Source of the DNA: an uncultured Candidatus Saccharibacteria bacterium
GTDB taxonomy: Bacteria > Patescibacteriota > Minisyncoccia > Minisyncoccales > Staskawiczbacteraceae
Length of the DNA stretch: 51,878 bases
Direction of reading: 5' to 3'
Assembly: GCA_964427585.1 (NCBI GenBank)
Contig: CAYRVC010000002.1
Span: 130,864-182,741 of the forward strand
Below, in pieces: positions 46,191 through 51,878 of this stretch. Both the position numbers and the translations under genes were made by a program. A model generated the notes under the pieces. It saw nothing but the letters and a program-made list of their open reading frames with translations. It was not told the DNA's origin and made no database searches. Numbering within the stretch: position 1 is the stretch's first letter; the number at the start of each line of letters is the position of its first letter.

Positions 46191-46517
46191 TTAACTTAGC
46201 CAATCCTGTATTATTCTGAATATTGAAGCCGCCACAAGCAAAACCACTGCTCCCACTACCGCATATAAAAGGGTTTGCCTGGCTGCTTGCACTTTTTCCG
46301 GACTTCCGCCGGAAGTTATAAACAAAATACCGGCTATTAAAAACATTATAACTATTATCGCTATGCCGATTGTGTAGATGGTTCCGGTAATGAAGCTTAT
46401 CAGTTGATCAAATGTTTTTCCTGTTGGAGGCTGGTTGGGCGGAGCGGCAATGGCTAAAACCGGAAGCGCCAGAATAGAGGATAAGAGCAAGAAAGACGTT
46501 ATTTTTTTTATTTTCAT
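46191..46517 (-). CDS. VirB2/TrbC-like pilin, array copy 6
   Basis: GILFITSGGSPEKVQAARQTLLYAVVG. Confidence 0.8.
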   Translation of the reverse strand: MKIKKITSFLLLSSILALPVLAIAAPPNQPPTGKTFDQLISFITGTIYTIGIAIIVIMFLIAGILFITSGGSPEKVQAARQTLLYAVVGAVVLLVAASIFRIIQDWLS

Positions 46518-46599
46518 AGTTTTTATTGATTTTATTATTTTTCGACCTATTTTACCTATTATAGTATTATTATTTAAAATGTCTATTGCTTGGCTGTGG

Positions 46600-46638
46600 A
46601 AAATCTAAAAACCCGGTTTATCCGGGTTTTTAGATTTT
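46600..46638. terminator. Perfect 17-bp inverted repeat inside the pilin array
   Basis: aaaatctaaaaacccgg-tttat-ccgggtttttagatttt. Confidence 0.75.
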
Positions 46639-46663
46639 TACCGTATTTTAGATAACAATGCGA

Positions 46664-46990
46664 TTATCCAAGCCATGTCTGTATTATTCCGAATATCGAA
46701 GCTGCCACGAGTAAAACCACTGCTCCCACTACCGCGTATAAAAGGGTTTGCCTGGCTGCCTGAACCTTTTCAGGGTTTCCGCCGGCTGTAATGAACATAA
46801 TGCCTGCTATTAAAAACATCACAACTATTATTGCTATGCCGACTGTGTAGATTGTTCCTGTTACGAAAGTTACCAAGTTATCCCAGGTTTTTCCTGTTGG
46901 CGGCTGGTTTGGCGGAGCGGCAATGGCTAAAACCGGAAGCGCCAAAATGGCGGCTAACAGCAATGAAGACGCTATTTTTTTTGTGTTCAC
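46664..46990 (-). CDS. VirB2/TrbC-like pilin, array copy 5
   Basis: 89/108 residues identical to copy 6 by hand count; GTG start. Confidence 0.8.
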   Translation of the reverse strand: MNTKKIASSLLLAAILALPVLAIAAPPNQPPTGKTWDNLVTFVTGTIYTVGIAIIVVMFLIAGIMFITAGGNPEKVQAARQTLLYAVVGAVVLLVAASIFGIIQTWLG

Positions 46991-47170
46991 TTTCTGTCCG
47001 GCAAATTTATTTTTTTAAAATTTTTTCAAATTTTAAAAATTTTGATCCGCCGGTATTTTCAGTAATTTTGATAATATAATTTTTTTCTATGCAATTTCGA
47101 CCTTTTTTAATATTACTCAATTAATCAATTATAACTGTTTATTTTGACTTGTCCATATTTTACCTGTGAA

Positions 47171-47473
47171 TTACAGAAAACCCAGTATTATCCAGAATAT
47201 CGAACCGGAAACAATGCCTACCACCACTCCCGCCACGCCCCATATCATGGCGGACCTGGCTCTGGAAATTTTTTCAGGGTCTCCCTGGGCTGTCAGAAAC
47301 ATAATTCCAGCCAAAAGAAAGAAAACAACCGCAAAAACCATGAACACAATCCAAAAAGCCGTAACAATATTTTTACCAAGATCAGTTAAGGTGGTTGCCA
47401 AAGCAAAAGCTTTTTCAGGCAAAAACAGCCAGGTTAAAGCAAGAAAAAGGGCAATAATTAAAAATTTTTTCAT
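47171..47473 (-). CDS. VirB2/TrbC-like pilin, array copy 4
   Basis: AGIMFLTAQGDPEKISRARSAMIWGVAG. Confidence 0.8.
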   Translation of the reverse strand: MKKFLIIALFLALTWLFLPEKAFALATTLTDLGKNIVTAFWIVFMVFAVVFFLLAGIMFLTAQGDPEKISRARSAMIWGVAGVVVGIVSGSIFWIILGFL

Positions 47474-47510
47474 TATTTATAAAAATTTGGCGATTATCTG
47501 CTCAAAAATT

Positions 47511-47849
47511 TTAACACGAAGTAGTGTTGCCCAAGTTGCCAAATGCGTCTTTTACAATATCAATTGCGCTACCTGCCAACAGAACAAGCACTGTTCCGAT
47601 TATAGCGGCTATCAAGGCTTTTTTGGCAGTATCCATTTTTTGCGGGTTCCCTATGGCCGTTAAATATAAAATGCCGGCTATAACCCAGCTGATAACCACT
47701 AATGTGCCTCCTACTTGTTGGACAACAGTCTTAAATTTTTTTAACGCATCACAAAATACGCCAGCTGACGCCGTTCCCGGAAGCGTAAGGATAATTGCCG
47801 TTAATAAAATTAAAAATAATATTTTTTTATCCATTATTTTATTTTTCAT
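47511..47849 (-). CDS. VirB2/TrbC-like pilin, array copy 3
   Basis: AGILYLTAIGNPQKMDTAKKALIAAIIG; has a Cys pair (FCD...TSC). Confidence 0.8.
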   Translation of the reverse strand: MKNKIMDKKILFLILLTAIILTLPGTASAGVFCDALKKFKTVVQQVGGTLVVISWVIAGILYLTAIGNPQKMDTAKKALIAAIIGTVLVLLAGSAIDIVKDAFGNLGNTTSC

Positions 47850-47923
47850 TTTGATATTTTGTGCCAGTTAAAAAATATTTTGCATCTATTTTGCAAAACC
47901 AAATTATTCAACCGGATTAATTT

Positions 47924-48226
47924 TTAAATTCCAAAGAACAATGCGTTCTCTATTATGACAATTGCGACTTGAGACAATATTACAATAGCCGTTCCCGCTA
48001 TTGAGGCATATAAAGCTTTTTTTGCTAGGGAAAGCTTATCTGGAGCTCCTTGGGCCGCTAAAAACAAAAGGCCGGTGATAATCCAGAAAATCACAACCAA
48101 TATGGTTGCCACCAGCACAATTATTTTTGCCACATTGGCAACCATTCCCGTAATAGTCACGGTTGCCGCCAAAACTGTATTTGGCAAAACCAGCAAGCTG
48201 AATAAAAATAATAATAATTTTTTCAT
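47924..48226 (-). CDS. VirB2/TrbC-like pilin, array copy 2
   Basis: TGLLFLAAQGAPDKLSLAKKALYASIAG. Confidence 0.8.
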   Translation of the reverse strand: MKKLLLFLFSLLVLPNTVLAATVTITGMVANVAKIIVLVATILVVIFWIITGLLFLAAQGAPDKLSLAKKALYASIAGTAIVILSQVAIVIIENALFFGI

Positions 48227-48272
48227 TTTTTAAATCAAAAAAGAGTGTTTAGCGACCTTTTTAAAATATATA

Positions 48273-48614
48273 TTAACTTGCCCTGAGCCCCAATATTTCT
48301 TTTACGGCGGCAATTATGCTGACGGCCAATACCGCTATAACCAGCCCAACTATGGCATATATCAGGGTTTTTTTTGCCGCCTCCATTTTTTGGGGATTAC
48401 CGCCTGAAACAAGGTACATTATGCCCGCAACCACTATCATTATGGTGGCTATAACGCCTACCAGTTTAGCCACAGTCGAAGAAATGGCTTCCAAAAGAGC
48501 CGGTAGATCATTTGGTCTCAACGGATTTGAAATAACAACACCGGAGGCAAAAGCCGAACCTGCTAAGGAAAATAAGATAACGAGAGATATTAGGGAAAGG
48601 ATGAGGCTGTTCAT
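48273..48614 (-). CDS. VirB2/TrbC-like pilin, array copy 1
   Basis: ISNPL, AGIMYLVSGGNPQKMEAAKKTLIYAIVG. Confidence 0.8.
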   Translation of the reverse strand: MNSLILSLISLVILFSLAGSAFASGVVISNPLRPNDLPALLEAISSTVAKLVGVIATIMIVVAGIMYLVSGGNPQKMEAAKKTLIYAIVGLVIAVLAVSIIAAVKEILGLRAS

Positions 48615-48616
48615 AT

Positions 48617-49138
48617 TTATTCTGTAAACAGCAGGCCGTAGTGGTACGACCCCGCGTCTATTTCTTTTTTCAAGGTAAGGCCGGCTTCCATTGCTATTTT
48701 TTTAACTTGTTCGGGGCTTATTTTTCCCTCTTTCGGGCCGAAAGAGGCTCCGTCTTTCCAGTCAATTATCAAAACCTGGCCGCCCGGCTTCACCACTCTT
48801 TTGGCTTCAATTATTATGGCGCTTTTATTTTCCGCCTGAAAGAGCACATTGCAGATTAAAATAACATCTATGGAGTTGTTGGGCAGAGCGGAGCCTTTAA
48901 CAGCCTCCAGGTCGCAAAGTATTGTTTCAATATTTAAAACTTTTTCCAGGGCCGCCCTGTTTTTTAACGAGGACAGTTTTTCTTCCTGGATGTCCAGGCC
49001 GTAAACCTTGCCGAGCCTTAGTTTTTTTGCCAGCAATATTGCAAAGATTCCGGCTCCCGAGCCGAACTCGGCGGCAGACATGTCTTCCCTTAACTCAAGT
49101 TCTTTTATGATATCCTCTGGGTTGAAAAAACCGGCCAT
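48617..49138 (-). CDS. Class I SAM-dependent methyltransferase
   Basis: AEFGSGAG, VYGLDIQ, ILICNVLFQ, RVVKPGGQVLIIDW. Confidence 0.85.
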   Translation of the reverse strand: MAGFFNPEDIIKELELREDMSAAEFGSGAGIFAILLAKKLRLGKVYGLDIQEEKLSSLKNRAALEKVLNIETILCDLEAVKGSALPNNSIDVILICNVLFQAENKSAIIIEAKRVVKPGGQVLIIDWKDGASFGPKEGKISPEQVKKIAMEAGLTLKKEIDAGSYHYGLLFTE

Positions 49139-49195
49139 ATTTCTTTTATTATACTAAAATATTCCATAGACTATCAAATGCAGGCTGTGGATATC

Positions 49196-51664
49196 TTACA
49201 GGCAAGCTCCAGAGGCCACCTTGTCCCCTTCGTCAAGCCGCATTATCCTTACGCCCTGGGTTGCCCGGCTTAACATTGATATTGATTTTATTTCCGATCT
49301 GATGACCTGGCCTTTCTGGGAGATGACTATCAAATCTTCTTCTTCCGAATGTTCCACAATGGCGGCTAAAACTATTTTGCCGGTTTTGGCTGTGATTTTG
49401 GCTGTTTTAATTCCCGACCCCCCTCTTCCCTGCAATCTGTATTGGTCAATATCCGTTCTTTTTCCGTATCCGTTTTCCATCACCACCAGCAAATATTGTT
49501 TTTCTTTTTGTTTTTCATTTTTGTTTCCTATAACATCCATTCCAACCACTTCGTCTCCTTTTTTCAGGCGGATGCTTTTAACTCCGGCGGCCGCCCTGCC
49601 CATGGGCCTTACATCTTTTTCTTCAAACCTTATGGCAATGCCGTCTTTTGTTGTTATTATTATGTCGTCTTCGCCTGTTGTTTTTACCACTTTTTTCAAA
49701 GAATCCCCCTTTTCCAGCCCCATCGCGATGATTCCGCTTTTTCTTACGTTGCCGAATTCCTCTAAGGCAGTCTTCTTTATCCTGCCGTTTTTGGTCACCA
49801 TAACCAGATATTTGAATTTTTGAGCCTCATCTTTTGTTATGGGAATCAATGATAAAACCTTTTCTTCTTGAGGAAGGTCCAAAAAATTTAATATGCCCCG
49901 GCCCCTGGCCACCCTGGCGCCTTCCGGGATTTCATAAACCTGGGTTTGCAAAACCTTTCCAGAGTCTGTAAAAAAGAGCAGATTGTCGTGGGTGGAGGCG
50001 CAGAGAAAATGCTCAATAATGTCGTCTCCCATTGTTTTCATGCCCATAATTCCCTTTCCTCCCCGTTTCTGTATTTTGTAAGTTGCCGGGTTTATCCTTT
50101 TGATGTATCCTCCGGTAGTTAAGGTAACAATCGTATCCTCCAGGGGGACAAGGTCGATTTCTGTCATCTCTCCCAGTTTCTGCTTTATCACTTTTGTTTT
50201 TCTTTTGTCGCCGTATTTTTCTTTCAGGTCCGTAAATTCTTTTTTGATGATTTCCTTCAGTTTTTCTAAGCTTTTTAAAATAGCCTCAAGTTCTTTTATT
50301 TTTTTTAATATTTCATTGAGTTCGTCTTCTATTTTTTTCCTTTCTAAGCCGGCCAGGGTTTGCAGTCTCATTTCCAGGATGGCTGTTGCCTGTATTTCCG
50401 TAAGCTTGAATTTTTTAATTAAATTTACTTTTGCCTCTTCTTTGTCGGCTGATTTTTTAATTGTGGAAATTACCGCGTCGATGTTTTTTAACGCGATCAT
50501 CAGCCCTTCTAAAACATGGGCTCTTTCTTTCGCCCTTTCCAGGTCGAATTTCGTTTTCCTTGTAATCACCTCTTTCCTGTGCTCAATAAAGTATTTTAAA
50601 ACATCGGAAATGGAAAGAATTTCAGGCTGTATGCCGTCCACCAAAGCCAAAAGGTTCAAGTGGAAAGTTTTTTGCAGATTGGTGAATTTATAAAGGCGGT
50701 TTAAAATTCTTTGGGGCTGGAATCCTCTTTTAATGTCGATGACAATGCTCATTCCTTCGCGGTCCGACAAGTCGCGGATGTCTTTTATGCCCTCTATTTT
50801 CTTTTCTGAAACAAGATCAGCCATTTCTTCAACCAGCGAAGATTTTAAAACCTGGTAGGGAATTTCCGTTATTATTATTTGTTCCGATCCGTCTTTTTTT
50901 TCAACGATATCCGCTTTTCCCCGCATCAAAATAGAGCCTTTTCCCGACGAGTAGGCTGAAATTATTTCTTTTTGATCGTAAATTATGCCGCCCGTGGGGA
51001 AATCAGGGCCTTGGATGAATTGGAACAAGTCGGGCGTTTCGGCCTTCGGGTGGTCTAACATATAAATAGAAGCGTCAAGCACTTCGGTTAAGTTGTGGGG
51101 CGGTATATTGGTGGCCATTCCTACCGCAATTCCCAAACTGCCGTTCAAAAGCAATTGGGGCAGTGGCGAGGGTAGGACAACGGGCTCTTTTCTTGTCCCA
51201 TCATAATTGTCAATAAAATTAACAGTGTCTTTATCTATGTCTCTTAGCAATTCTTCGCCGATTGCAGACAAGCGGCACTCTGTGTATCTTTGGGCTGCCG
51301 CAGAGTCTCCGTCAATGCTTCCAAAATTACCCTGGCCTTGCACCAACGGGTATCTTAAGTTGAAATCCTGGGTCATCCTTACCAGGGAGTCATAAACGGC
51401 AATGTCTCCATGGGGATGGAATCTGGCCAAAACCGTTCCCGTAACATTGGCGGATTTCCTGAATCTTGTGTTGTGCCGCAATCCTTCTTCCAGCATCGCA
51501 TACAAAATCCGGCGGTGCACGGGCTTTAAGCCGTCTCTTACGTCGGGCAGGGCGCGAGCCACTATAACAGACATCGCGTAATCGATATATGATTCTTTCA
51601 GTTCTTCAACGATTTCCCTGGGCTTTACTTTGCCTATATTATTTTTTTCTTCTTCTTCTGGCAT
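49196..51664 (-). CDS. gyrA: DNA gyrase subunit A
   Basis: RALPDVRDGLKPVHRR, FHPHGD, AAQRYTE, GyrA-box QKRGGKG, C-terminal pinwheel repeats. Confidence 0.98.
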   Translation of the reverse strand: MPEEEEKNNIGKVKPREIVEELKESYIDYAMSVIVARALPDVRDGLKPVHRRILYAMLEEGLRHNTRFRKSANVTGTVLARFHPHGDIAVYDSLVRMTQDFNLRYPLVQGQGNFGSIDGDSAAAQRYTECRLSAIGEELLRDIDKDTVNFIDNYDGTRKEPVVLPSPLPQLLLNGSLGIAVGMATNIPPHNLTEVLDASIYMLDHPKAETPDLFQFIQGPDFPTGGIIYDQKEIISAYSSGKGSILMRGKADIVEKKDGSEQIIITEIPYQVLKSSLVEEMADLVSEKKIEGIKDIRDLSDREGMSIVIDIKRGFQPQRILNRLYKFTNLQKTFHLNLLALVDGIQPEILSISDVLKYFIEHRKEVITRKTKFDLERAKERAHVLEGLMIALKNIDAVISTIKKSADKEEAKVNLIKKFKLTEIQATAILEMRLQTLAGLERKKIEDELNEILKKIKELEAILKSLEKLKEIIKKEFTDLKEKYGDKRKTKVIKQKLGEMTEIDLVPLEDTIVTLTTGGYIKRINPATYKIQKRGGKGIMGMKTMGDDIIEHFLCASTHDNLLFFTDSGKVLQTQVYEIPEGARVARGRGILNFLDLPQEEKVLSLIPITKDEAQKFKYLVMVTKNGRIKKTALEEFGNVRKSGIIAMGLEKGDSLKKVVKTTGEDDIIITTKDGIAIRFEEKDVRPMGRAAAGVKSIRLKKGDEVVGMDVIGNKNEKQKEKQYLLVVMENGYGKRTDIDQYRLQGRGGSGIKTAKITAKTGKIVLAAIVEHSEEEDLIVISQKGQVIRSEIKSISMLSRATQGVRIMRLDEGDKVASGACL

Positions 51665-51673
51665 GATTGTTAA

Positions 51674-51865
51674 TTATTGCGTTTTTATTTGCGGCGCCTC
51701 AATTTTTTGAACAGTTTCCCCTAATTTTGAAATTCTTTTTTTGGCTAAATTGAACCAAAAAAATAGCATTGCGGCTGCTAAAAGAGCGACAACGGCCCAC
51801 AAGATGATTTTTTTATGCTTGTCGGGCAAATTCTGCAATTTTTCTATAAATCCAGGGATAGTCAT
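51674..51865 (-). CDS. Small single-TM hypothetical protein upstream of gyrA
   Basis: 63 aa, LQNLPDKHKKIILWAVV hydrophobic segment; co-oriented and closely spaced with gyrA. Confidence 0.65.
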   Translation of the reverse strand: MTIPGFIEKLQNLPDKHKKIILWAVVALLAAAMLFFWFNLAKKRISKLGETVQKIEAPQIKTQ

Positions 51866-51878
51866 GATTACGGCTGTA

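Noticed and set aside
130-51395. Many track ORFs antisense to or nested in long genes (e.g. 1385-2044, 22290-22991, 40830-41381, 49221-49823, 47166-47663)
   Set aside because: They are S/F/L-rich shadow frames of A-rich sense genes with no recognisable motifs.

Overview
A 51.9-kb chromosomal window, most likely from a Patescibacteria/CPR (Parcubacteria-like) genome using genetic code 11. The taxonomy is inferred from gene content and style: short IF-2, ten singly scattered tRNAs and many small VirB2-like pilins. The backbone is housekeeping: pnp, rpsO, a CCA-adding enzyme, dprA-comM-yraN, nusA, hppA, tig-clpP-rny, infB-rbfA, recG, tsaD, valS, a PrsW-like protease, Hsp20 and gyrA. Accessory elements, in rough order of interest: (1) a coupled operon of a HExxH-vWA protein, a small protein and a MoxR-type AAA+ protein whose C-terminus is a diversity-generating retroelement (DGR) target, followed by a decayed DGR reverse transcriptase with no TR or avd in the window; (2) palindromic repeats of several families inserted in frame in coding genes (three in tsaD; also dprA, nusA, cca and a GT-C-like protein); (3) three start codons that abut or overlap tRNA 3' ends; (4) a LAGLIDADG gene filling the spacer between tRNA-Cys and tRNA-Leu; (5) a ~170-nt rod-like hairpin between rny and a 3D-domain gene; (6) a tandem array of eight VirB2/TrbC-like pilins. 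All family assignments come from motif recognition by eye; no database searches were run.
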